Shown here: one piece after another, positions 17,410 to 25,536 of the stretch
Numbering within the stretch: position 1 is the first letter of the stretch
Layout of the letters: each line of letters starts with the position of its first letter
Assembly: GCA_022825005.1 (NCBI GenBank)
Contig: JAJDYU010000009.1
Location: 20,227-84,226, forward strand
Direction: 5' to 3'
Origin: Acidimicrobiia bacterium
Lineage (GTDB): Bacteria > Actinomycetota > Acidimicrobiia > Acidimicrobiales > Bin134
Length of the DNA: 64,000 bases
Made by a program: the position numbers and the translations under genes
Notes under the pieces: model-generated
Seen by the model: only the letters and a program-made list of their open reading frames with translations
What the model was told of the DNA's origin: nothing
The model's database searches: none

Positions 17410-20400
17410 TTACACCGCGACCGCGCCCTCCCCCAGCATTTCGCGCAACTCCCCGATAAGCCCACTGCCCGCGTCCACCCCGTAATCCGAAGACAGCTTG
17501 ATCCCCTTCTCGGCGCCGAGCATCAAGATCACCTCGGACTTGCCAGGATGGCTGGACAAAATCGACTTGAGAGCGTCGATCCGCTCCGGGGCCAGGCCGT
17601 TGGCCTCCAGCTTCAACGTCAGGGCGGTATAGCCGTTGGCGGCGGCCGGGTCTATGGGCTCGGCGCCGAAGCAGATCAAGTTGGGCTCGTCATCGCGGCG
17701 GTCGAACCGGCCCTCGAACACCACCACCAGGTCGTCGGCCAGCTTGTGGCCGTGCTCCTCCATGGCCTTGGGGAACAGCGTCACCTCCATGTTGCCGTAC
17801 AGGTCTTCGAGGTCGCATGACGCCATCAGCTCGCCCTTGCGAGTCCACCTCTTGCGGAAGTTGCTCACCACCCCGCCCACCTTCACCGAGGTGCCCTCCT
17901 CCACTTCGGAAAGCTGGTCGATCCGATGGGTGGTCTTTCGGGCCAGCGCCCCTTCCATGCCCATGATCGGGTGGTCGGACACGTAGAGCCCGAGCATCTC
18001 CTTCTCGGCGGCCAGCCTCCGGGACTTGTCGAACTCGACGTCGGGGATGTCGATGCGCTCCTCGAAGCTCTCCTCGCCGCCCTCGCCGAACAGGCTCATG
18101 ATGCCCTGGCTGCGCTCTCGCTGCTGCTGGATGCTGCGGCGGACGATGGCCTCCGACACGTTGAGGAGCCCCTGGCGGGGATGGCCGAACGAGTCGAAGC
18201 TGCCCGCCTTGATGAGGGCCTCTACAACGCCCTTGTTGAGCACGATCGGATCGACCCGCGAGCAGAAGTCGTAGAAGTCTTCGAAGGGGCCGTTCTCCCG
18301 CCTGTCGTCGAGGATCATCTGAGCGGTGCCCGTGCCCATGTGCCGGATGGCCGACAGCCCGAAGGAGATGGCCTTCTCGCCGTCGGGGGCGCCTATGGCG
18401 GCAAAGTCCGACTCCGAGAGGTTCACATCGGGCAGAGCCACGGTGATCCCCATATGGCGGCACTCGGCCAGGTACACCGCGGCCCTCTCCAGCTTGTTCT
18501 TGACGCTGGTCAGCAGCGCGGCCATGTACTCCACGGGGTAGTTGGCCTTGAGGAAGGCGCATTGATAGGAGATGAGCCCGTAGCCATAGGAGTGGCTCTT
18601 GCCGAAGGCGTAGTCGGCGAACTGCTCGATGATGTCGAACAGGTGGGTGCCCAGATCCGAGCCGTAGTTGCTCTTCTCGCAACCGGCCACGAAGGAGTCG
18701 CGCTCTTTGGCCATGAGCGCCCGATCCTTCTTGCCGCAGGCCTTGCGGAGGTTGTCGGCCTCGGCCAGGGAGTACCCCGCGAATCGCTGGGCCACCCGCA
18801 TGACGCTCTCCTGGTAGATCATCAGCCCGTAGGTGTCGCCCAGGATGTCGGCGGCGTCCTCGTGGAACACCTGCACCGGTTTGCGTTCGTTCTTGCGGTC
18901 GGCGTAGTCGTTGTGCATGTTGGCCGCCATCGGGCCGGGCCGGTAGAGGGCCACCAGGGCGGCCACGTCGTCGAAGCAGGTGGGCTTGAGCGATCGGATC
19001 AGCGAGCGCATCGGACCGCTCTCCAGCTGGAAGATGCCGATGGTCTCGCCCCGGGCCAGCATCTCGTAGGTGGCGGCATCGTCCAGCGCCACGTTGTCGA
19101 TGTCGATGTCCACGCCGTGGGACTGCTTGATGAGCCCGACGGTGTCCTCGATCACGTCGAGGTTTCGCAGGCCCAGGAAGTCCATCTTGAGCAGCCCGAG
19201 GTCTTCCACCGCGTGCATCTCGTACTGGGTGACGATGGGGGCCTCTTCGTAGCTCTGCCCCGATGAGGCCTTGCGCTGAATGGGGAGGTGCTCGGTGAGC
19301 GGATCCTTGGTGATGACCACCGCGGCGGCGTGAATGCTGTCCTGGCGGCGCAGCCCTTCCAAGCCCCGGGCCACGTCCACCACCTTGCGGGCGTCCTCGT
19401 CGCTGTCGTACATCGACCGCAGCTCGGCGGCCGCGGTGTAGCCGTCGGAGTACTCGTCGGTCTTCTCCAGGCAAGCCCACAGCGGGGTGTCGCGGCCCAG
19501 CACCAGAGGGGGCATGGCCTTGGCCAGCTTGTCGCCCAGCGAATAGGGGAGGTTCAGCACTCGGGCGCTGTCGCGCACCGCGGCCCGGGCCTTGATGGTG
19601 GAGAAGGTGATGATCTGGGCCACATGGTCTTCGCCGTACTTGTGGGAGACGTAGCGGATGATCTCGTCGCGGTAGCGGGAGTCGAAGTCCATGTCGATGT
19701 CGGGCATGGATATCCGGGACGGGTTGAGGAAGCGCTCGAACAGCAGGTCGTAGCGGATGGGATCCAGATCGGTGATGCGCAGGGAGTAGGCCACGGCGCA
19801 CCCGGCCGCGCTGCCCCGGCCCGGGCCCACCCGGATGCCCCGCTCCCGGGCGTAGCGGATCAGATCCCAGGTGATCAGGAAGTAGGAGGAGAAGCCCATG
19901 TCGGAGATGACCTTGAGCTCAAAGGCCAGCCGGTCGGCCACCTCATCAGAGAGGGGACTCCCCCACCGGGCTTCGGCGCCCTTCAGGGTAAGGGCCTGGA
20001 GGTATTCGTCGGCGTTCTCGTATTCGGCGGGAATGGGGAAGTCGGGGAGCTGCGGCTTGCCGAACTCGATCTCCACATCGGCCCGCTCGGCGATCCACAG
20101 CGTGTTGTCGCAGGCCGGGATCAGGTCGGAGAACACTTGGCGCATCTCCGCCGCTGTCTTGAGGTAGTGCTCGCTGCCCTCGAACTTCAAGCGGTCGGTG
20201 TCGCTCACCAGCGATCCGGTTTGCACGCACAGCAGGGCATCGTGGGCCTCGGCATCGTGGCGATGGGTGTAGTGGCTGTCGTTGGTGGCCAAAAGGGGGG
20301 CGTTGATCTGGCGGGCCAGCCGGATCAGGTCGGGGTTGGTGCGGTGCTGTTCGGGGATGCCGTGGTCTTGGATCTCCACGAACAGGTTCTCCTTGCCGAA

Positions 20401-20937
20401 GATGTCCTGGAGGCGGGCCGCCTTGGCCACCGCGTCGTCGTAGTCGTTGCGCAGCAGGGCCTGGAGCACATGGCCGCCCAGGCAGCCGGTGGAGCAGATC
20501 AGACCCTCGCTGTGCTCGGCCAACAGCTCCCAGTCGAGCCGGGGCTTGTAGTAGTAGCCCTCGAGGAACGCCCGGCTCGACAGCTGAATGAGGTTCTTGT
20601 AGCCGGTATTGTTCTCGGCCAACAGCGTGAGGTGGTAGTAGAGCTTCTGGCCCCCATCGGTGCTGCCCCCGCTGTCATCCACCTTGCCCCGCCGGGGGGG
20701 ACGCTCGCTGCGGTTCTCGTGGGCCATGTAGGCCTCGATGCCGATGACCGGCTTGACCCCCTGGGAGCGACAGGTTTTGTAGAAGTCGACAACCCCGTAC
20801 ATGTTGCCGTGGTCGGTCATTCCCAGCGCGGGCTGCCCGTCGGCCGCGGCGGCTTCGACTAGCTCGCTCACCCGGGAGGCGCCGTCGAGGATGGAGTACT
20901 CGGTGTGGACGTGGAGGTGGGTGAAGGAACTGGACAC
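17410..20937 (-). CDS. dnaE: DNA polymerase III alpha subunit
   Basis: 1175 aa. PHP domain HLHVHTEYSILDG and conserved DnaE core throughout. The length argues against an intein. Confidence 0.97.
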   Translation of the reverse strand: MSSSFTHLHVHTEYSILDGASRVSELVEAAAADGQPALGMTDHGNMYGVVDFYKTCRSQGVKPVIGIEAYMAHENRSERPPRRGKVDDSGGSTDGGQKLYYHLTLLAENNTGYKNLIQLSSRAFLEGYYYKPRLDWELLAEHSEGLICSTGCLGGHVLQALLRNDYDDAVAKAARLQDIFGKENLFVEIQDHGIPEQHRTNPDLIRLARQINAPLLATNDSHYTHRHDAEAHDALLCVQTGSLVSDTDRLKFEGSEHYLKTAAEMRQVFSDLIPACDNTLWIAERADVEIEFGKPQLPDFPIPAEYENADEYLQALTLKGAEARWGSPLSDEVADRLAFELKVISDMGFSSYFLITWDLIRYARERGIRVGPGRGSAAGCAVAYSLRITDLDPIRYDLLFERFLNPSRISMPDIDMDFDSRYRDEIIRYVSHKYGEDHVAQIITFSTIKARAAVRDSARVLNLPYSLGDKLAKAMPPLVLGRDTPLWACLEKTDEYSDGYTAAAELRSMYDSDEDARKVVDVARGLEGLRRQDSIHAAAVVITKDPLTEHLPIQRKASSGQSYEEAPIVTQYEMHAVEDLGLLKMDFLGLRNLDVIEDTVGLIKQSHGVDIDIDNVALDDAATYEMLARGETIGIFQLESGPMRSLIRSLKPTCFDDVAALVALYRPGPMAANMHNDYADRKNERKPVQVFHEDAADILGDTYGLMIYQESVMRVAQRFAGYSLAEADNLRKACGKKDRALMAKERDSFVAGCEKSNYGSDLGTHLFDIIEQFADYAFGKSHSYGYGLISYQCAFLKANYPVEYMAALLTSVKNKLERAAVYLAECRHMGITVALPDVNLSESDFAAIGAPDGEKAISFGLSAIRHMGTGTAQMILDDRRENGPFEDFYDFCSRVDPIVLNKGVVEALIKAGSFDSFGHPRQGLLNVSEAIVRRSIQQQRERSQGIMSLFGEGGEESFEERIDIPDVEFDKSRRLAAEKEMLGLYVSDHPIMGMEGALARKTTHRIDQLSEVEEGTSVKVGGVVSNFRKRWTRKGELMASCDLEDLYGNMEVTLFPKAMEEHGHKLADDLVVVFEGRFDRRDDEPNLICFGAEPIDPAAANGYTALTLKLEANGLAPERIDALKSILSSHPGKSEVILMLGAEKGIKLSSDYGVDAGSGLIGELREMLGEGAVAV

Positions 20938-20944
20938 GGCGCTC

Positions 20945-20992
20945 CTGTGGACGGTCTGTGGCCTGTGTGTGGATAACTACAGGCCTGTGGTT
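20945..20992 (-). promoter_or_regulatory. CTGTGG / DnaA-box-like repeat cluster immediately upstream of dnaE
   Basis: TGTGG occurs at 20946, 20957, 20968 and 20986 (spacing 11, 11, 18 nt). The third copy is TGTGGATAA, which is TTATCCACA on the gene strand, the consensus DnaA box. Confidence 0.35.
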
Positions 20993-21075
20993 TGGCCTCT
21001 CCCTGACCATACCAAGACGGGAGGACACATGCAGCCCCCCATAGAACTGGCGCTTATCCCCTGGTCAGAGGGGTT

Positions 21076-21579
21076 CTATAGATATGTACCCGGCGGCCTG
21101 TGGGGTCCGGGACGGTCGTCGCCGGGAGGGAGTTCGGCGCGGATGTTGGCCAGTTGCTGCTGGGCCGACACCTGCTGGGCGAACAGGGCGGCCTGGATGC
21201 CCTGGATGAGGCCTTCCAGCCAGCCCACCAGCTGGCCCTTGGCCACCTGAAGCTCGGCCTGGCTGGGAGGGTGGTCCTCGGGGAAGGGCAGTATCAGGCG
21301 GTCGAGCTCATCGCGCAGGTCGGGGGACAGCGCCGAGCCCAACTCCTCGATCGACGTGGCGTAGATGTCCCGCAGCCGGTCGCGGCTCGACTCGTCGAGA
21401 GAGGCCTGACGGACCTCCTCCAAGAGCTGCTTCATCATCGTACCGACCCTCATCACCTTGGCCGGCTGCTCTATCGCCTCCCGGCCCGACGCCAGATCGC
21501 CGGGATCACCCTCGGTATGCGGGGCCTCGTGGACAACCTCAACGGTCTCGGTAGGCGGCGAATGAGGGGTGTCGGCCAT
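21076..21579 (-). CDS. bpa: bacterial proteasome activator (Bpa/PafE, DUF2587)
   Basis: VMRVGTMMKQLLEEVRQASLDE...QLVGWLEGLIQGIQAALFAQQ resembles Bpa. The C-terminus GTYL matches the GQYL-type proteasome-docking motif. Confidence 0.8.
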   Translation of the reverse strand: MADTPHSPPTETVEVVHEAPHTEGDPGDLASGREAIEQPAKVMRVGTMMKQLLEEVRQASLDESSRDRLRDIYATSIEELGSALSPDLRDELDRLILPFPEDHPPSQAELQVAKGQLVGWLEGLIQGIQAALFAQQVSAQQQLANIRAELPPGDDRPGPHRPPGTYL

Positions 21580-21622
21580 GGCTGGAAATCTACCGGCTAC
21601 TCGCAGGGGTGGGGCAACGCCC

Positions 21623-22810
21623 TCAGGTTCTGGTGCCGAAGGCGGCCAGACAGGGCACCAGCATCTCAGCCGACGTCAGCGAGCCGTGGCGGCCCAGCAA
21701 CTCGAACGTCGGCCTGCCCCCTCCACCGGGGGCGCCTCGGCGGTCGGGCTTGGGCTCCACGAAGGCCACCGGGTCGCAGGGCACCAGGGCCACATCGCCC
21801 ATCCGCGAACGGGCTTCCGGTCCCACGTGGGGGCCGAACCATCCCTCGTCCAGCACCTGCTGGCGGTTCACTACCAGGCCGTGGCGGCCATAGTGCTCGG
21901 CGGCGGCGTCCAGGAGTTCGGCGGCTCGGCCGGGACGGGCGTGAAGCCAGCGGAATCGGGCCTCCCCCGAGGTCACCGCGGTAAGGGCCAGAACGTCGCG
22001 GGACAGCTCCACCTTGTTGTCGCCCACCATGACCTGGCCGTGGTCCGACACCACCAGCAGCGCCGCCTCTGGGGGCAGCACGGCCAGAATCTGGGCCACC
22101 AGGCGGTCGACCTCGGCGAACTCGGCGTCCAAGTAGGGGCCGAATCCGTACTCGTGGGCGATCCGGTCGGGTCCGTCGTAGTAGGCGTAGACCAGCGGCT
22201 CGCCCCCGTCCACCAGCATCTGCACCTCAACGGCGATGGAGCTGGTGAGCTTGTAGCCTTTGTGGACCACTCCGTCGAGATGGGCCCGGGTGAAGCCGGT
22301 TCCCTCGAACTCGCTGCGGCCCACCGCCGGCACCCGTCGCCCGAAGAACGCGGGCCGGCTTTGGACCTGCTCGGGCACGAGTGTCTTGCGGGCATCCGAC
22401 GGCTTGGCGCCCGCGGTCCACCGCAGGGCGTTGAGCACCTGTCCCTCGATGTAGATCTGGTAGCCGATCAGGCCGTGCTCGCCCGGCGCCGCTCCGGTGA
22501 CCAGCGAGGTGAGGGCCGTGGTGGTGGTGGTCGGGGCCACCGTGGTGATGGGGCCTCCCTCCATGGCCGACATCACCGGGGTCAGCTCGGCCCGATCCTG
22601 GAGTTGCTCCCACCCCATCCCGTCGATCAGCAACAGCACCACCGCCTTGGCCTCGCCGATCGGGTCGGGCAGCCACTGGGCGGCGTCGGGCGGGCCGAGC
22701 AGGGCCGGCACCACATTGCTCAGGCAAGACCCTCGGTAGTCGGGCAGCACCGGAAAGCCCGTCATCGGACCTGTGGTTGCTCGGGGGTTGTGCTGGCTGG
22801 GGGTTCCCAT
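21623..22810 (-). CDS. alkaline-phosphatase-superfamily phosphodiesterase / nucleotide pyrophosphatase
   Basis: LLLIDGMGWEQL, TSLVTGAAPGEHG and VVSDHGQV are the metal/nucleophile motifs of type I phosphodiesterases. Confidence 0.65.
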   Translation of the reverse strand: MGTPSQHNPRATTGPMTGFPVLPDYRGSCLSNVVPALLGPPDAAQWLPDPIGEAKAVVLLLIDGMGWEQLQDRAELTPVMSAMEGGPITTVAPTTTTTALTSLVTGAAPGEHGLIGYQIYIEGQVLNALRWTAGAKPSDARKTLVPEQVQSRPAFFGRRVPAVGRSEFEGTGFTRAHLDGVVHKGYKLTSSIAVEVQMLVDGGEPLVYAYYDGPDRIAHEYGFGPYLDAEFAEVDRLVAQILAVLPPEAALLVVSDHGQVMVGDNKVELSRDVLALTAVTSGEARFRWLHARPGRAAELLDAAAEHYGRHGLVVNRQQVLDEGWFGPHVGPEARSRMGDVALVPCDPVAFVEPKPDRRGAPGGGGRPTFELLGRHGSLTSAEMLVPCLAAFGTRT

Positions 22811-22870
22811 TCGGCATTCAAACTATCGGCTCAACCATGGGGAGAAGATTGAGAAGTAGTGTGATGGCTC

Positions 22871-23314
22871 GTGAGGGTGTCGACTCGAGGTGACTACGCC
22901 AGCCGGGCACTGCTGTCGCTGGCCCTGCACGCCGACGAGTCGGGTCCCACCTCGGCGCGGGACATCGCCGAGCGCACCGGACTCCCCCAGCCCTATCTGG
23001 AGCAGATCCTCCAAGCGCTGAAGGGCGCCGGGCTGGTGCGCTCCAAACGGGGGGCGGGGGGTGGCTACGCCCTGGCTCGTCCGCCCTGTGACATCAAGCT
23101 GAGCGAGATAGTGAGTGCGGTGGACGGGCCCATCGTGCTGGGCGACTTCGGCCAGCCCCACAGCGACGGCGCCTGCGATCACGAGGGCCAATGCGTGCTT
23201 TTGGCCATCTGGACCCATGTGGGCGACATCATGCACGACCTGCTGAGCGACTACACCCTGGACGACATCGCCAAAGCCGCACAGGGGCTACTCCCCTGGC
23301 CTGGATCAGATTGA
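22871..23314 (+). CDS. Rrf2 family transcriptional regulator
   Basis: MRVSTRGDYASRALLSLA...ARDIAERTGLPQPYLEQILQALKGAGLVRSKRGAGGGYALAR is a canonical Rrf2 wHTH. Downstream Cys residues (DGACDHEGQC). Confidence 0.85.
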   Translation: MRVSTRGDYASRALLSLALHADESGPTSARDIAERTGLPQPYLEQILQALKGAGLVRSKRGAGGGYALARPPCDIKLSEIVSAVDGPIVLGDFGQPHSDGACDHEGQCVLLAIWTHVGDIMHDLLSDYTLDDIAKAAQGLLPWPGSD

Positions 23315-23332
23315 CCCGCATCAGGCTGACGC

Positions 23333-24286
23333 TTACCGCCCTTGCCCCTTGAGGCGCTGGTAGAGCCCGGAGAAGTCCTCGGGCGGATCGGCCTCGAATC
23401 GCAGCGGCTGGCCGCTTTCGGGGTGTTCGAAGCCCAATGTCTGAGCATGAAGGGCGGGGCGGCTGATGCCGGGAGCGCCGGGGCCTCCGTACAGCTCGTC
23501 ACCCAGAATCGGATGGCCGATGGCTGCCAGATGGACTCGAATCTGATGGGTGCGCCCGGTTTCCAGCTGCAACTCCAGACGGGCCGAGTCAAAGACCGCG
23601 GCCTCGTCCTGGGCATCAGCGGGGGCCGGCATGCGGTCAGTCACCTGGTAGTGGGTGCGGGCCGACCGGCCGTCAGCCTTCACCGCCATCTTGGTGGGGT
23701 GGCGATTGGAGCGGCCCACCGGGGCGTCGATCACTCCCCGGTCATCGGCCGGCATCCCCTGTACCAAGGCGACATAGCCCCTGTGTACTTCGCGTCGGCC
23801 TAGCGCCGCGGTCATAGCCTCGTATCCGGACTCGGTGCGGGCAACTATGAGCAGACCCGAAGTGCCCCGGTCGAGCCGGTGGACGATCCCGGGGCGCTCC
23901 GGCTCGCCCACGTCGGCGATCTCAGGGAACCGGGCCAGCAAGCCGCTTGCCATCGTTCCTGTCGCATTGCCCGACCCGGGGTGGACCACCAGATCGGCCG
24001 GCTTGTTCACCACGATCACCTGCTCGTCGGCATGGACGACGTCCAATTCCACCGATTGGTCGGGCTCGAGCGCCGCCTGTCGGACCATTGGCCCCTCAGA
24101 CAGGGAGATCTCGTCGCCGGCGGCCAGTCTCTGAGACCGGGCAGTGGCGACAATGCCATTGACCTTCACCTTCTGCTGGTCGATCAGTCGGGCGGCCTCG
24201 GCCCGGCTGCACTCCCAAACCAAGGCCACTGCCCGGTCAAGGCGCTCGCCGGCCAGCGAGTCGGAGATCGATCCCTCCGGGCTCAT
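23333..24286 (-). CDS. rluD: 23S rRNA pseudouridine synthase, RluA/RluD family
   Basis: S4-like N-terminus, HRLDRGTSGLLIVA catalytic motif, and GRTHQIRVH. Confidence 0.85.
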   Translation of the reverse strand: MSPEGSISDSLAGERLDRAVALVWECSRAEAARLIDQQKVKVNGIVATARSQRLAAGDEISLSEGPMVRQAALEPDQSVELDVVHADEQVIVVNKPADLVVHPGSGNATGTMASGLLARFPEIADVGEPERPGIVHRLDRGTSGLLIVARTESGYEAMTAALGRREVHRGYVALVQGMPADDRGVIDAPVGRSNRHPTKMAVKADGRSARTHYQVTDRMPAPADAQDEAAVFDSARLELQLETGRTHQIRVHLAAIGHPILGDELYGGPGAPGISRPALHAQTLGFEHPESGQPLRFEADPPEDFSGLYQRLKGQGR

Positions 24287-24301
24287 CAGATGCCCACACG
24301 C

Positions 24302-24847
24302 TCAGGGCTCGTCGACCTGCTCATCAAGCCCGCCAACAGGCCCCGGCTGGCGGTAGCGGGGTGCGGTCAGCACCAGGATCACCCCGGCCACCACGATGGC
24401 CGAGTCGGCGGCGTTGAACACCGGCCACCACTGGAGGTCGATGAAATCGACCACGGCCCCGCCGAGAAAGCCGTCGCCGGCCCGCACGGCCCGGTCGGCC
24501 AGGTTGCCGATGGCGCCACCCAGGATCATGCCCAAAAGCACCGGCGGCAGCGCCAGCCGGCGGCCACCCCAACTGACCCAGGCCACCATGATCACGAACA
24601 AGAAGGCCACCACCGCTATGAGCACTTCCAAGCCCTGTCCCAGCCCGAAGGCCGCCCCGGTGTTGTGCACCAGGTGCAGCCGCAGGGTCCAAACCAGGTC
24701 GATGTCCCGGTCGTCGAGGGCCACCAGCGCCCACCACTTGGTGAGCTGGTCTACGGCGACGACGAAGGCGGCCACCCCCAGCAGGACCAGGTTGTGGCGA
24801 CGAGATCGAAGCTGAGTCTCGGTCGGCGTGGCGGTGCTAGAACCCAC
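24302..24847 (-). CDS. lspA: lipoprotein signal peptidase II
   Basis: DQLTKWWA, HNTGAAFGL and GAVVDFIDL...FNAADS motifs. Start taken at GTG 24847, overlapping the upstream stop; ATG 24889 is also possible. Confidence 0.8.
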   Translation of the reverse strand: MGSSTATPTETQLRSRRHNLVLLGVAAFVVAVDQLTKWWALVALDDRDIDLVWTLRLHLVHNTGAAFGLGQGLEVLIAVVAFLFVIMVAWVSWGGRRLALPPVLLGMILGGAIGNLADRAVRAGDGFLGGAVVDFIDLQWWPVFNAADSAIVVAGVILVLTAPRYRQPGPVGGLDEQVDEP

Positions 24848-25400
24848 CGGCTTTGTGCTCAACCCGTTCCGCCGCCCAGGGAATGGCATTGAGCCGCTGC
24901 CGGGGAATCGGCTTGCCCGAGACCAGGCAGATGCCGTAGGTGCCATCGTCGATTCGGGCCAAGGCGGCGTCTATCTGATCGACCGCGGCGCGGGCATGGG
25001 CGCTCAGAGCCAGATCCCGCTCCCGCTCGACCGCCAAGGTGTCGCCCTCGCCTGATTCCTCGTCGAACTGGACGTCTCCCGGCTCTCGCTCCTCCACCAG
25101 GGAGTCGGCCTCGGCCTTCAGGCGGGTAGCCGAGGTTACGTAGCGGCTGCGCTCCTCCAGGAGGAGTTGCCGCTGCTTATCGAGGTATTTCTTGTCGAAC
25201 AGCGGCTTTTTGGCCGACGACTTGCTGCCGGCCGACTTCGCCTTGGTGGATTTCGCCGCAGTTGTCTTCTTGGGGGCCGATTTGGCTTGGGCTGGCTTCT
25301 TTTGGGCTGGTTTCTTGGGCGCGGCCTTCTTTGGGGCAGCTTTCTTTTGAGCTGGCTCTTTTGCCGCCGACTGTTTCGGTGCTGTCTTCTTTGCAGCCAT
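24837..25400 (-). CDS. DksA/TraR-family protein with Lys/Ala/Pro-rich N-terminal tail and degenerate zinc finger
   Basis: C-terminus DGTYGICLVSGKPIPRQRLNAIPWAAERVEHK aligns to the TraR/DksA C4 finger but keeps only one Cys. The first ~70 aa are AAPKKAAPKKPAQKK-type repeats. Synteny with lspA/rluD/ileS as in other actinobacteria. Confidence 0.7.
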   Translation of the reverse strand: MAAKKTAPKQSAAKEPAQKKAAPKKAAPKKPAQKKPAQAKSAPKKTTAAKSTKAKSAGSKSSAKKPLFDKKYLDKQRQLLLEERSRYVTSATRLKAEADSLVEEREPGDVQFDEESGEGDTLAVERERDLALSAHARAAVDQIDAALARIDDGTYGICLVSGKPIPRQRLNAIPWAAERVEHKAGGF

Positions 25401-25430
25401 TGCAGGCGGGAGTGTAGCCGCCGCCGACGC

Positions 25431-25536
25431 GAATTACTCTCAAATGGCCTATCAAGGGCTGAGAGCCGATTAACGATGTCTGAACCGGATTGGGAACGGG
25501 TTATTTTGTGGTCTCCCAGTTTCTTCTGGAGGCCCG
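25431..25536 (+). promoter_or_regulatory. candidate T-box-like translational leader of ileS
   Basis: Hairpin CTCTCA (25437-42) / TGAGAG (25460-65) presents AUC-A (25451-54, Ile codon) in its loop. Downstream helix AACGGG/CCCGTT plus CTCCCAG/CTGGAGG has a 5' bulge containing GTGGT (25508-12) and encloses the SD GGAGG (25528-32). Confidence 0.4.

Noticed and set aside
17690-19801. 703-aa ORF inside dnaE on the same strand in a different frame, and the 446/524-aa antisense ORFs at 17926-20862
   Set aside because: Shadow ORFs. dnaE is unambiguous and the alternatives are low-complexity R/G/P/H-rich.
17410-20937. Possible inteins in dnaE or sufB (59854..61263), as occur in some actinobacteria
   Set aside because: Both proteins have canonical lengths (1175 and 469 aa) with no inserted block or C-terminal HN/Cys splice-junction pattern.
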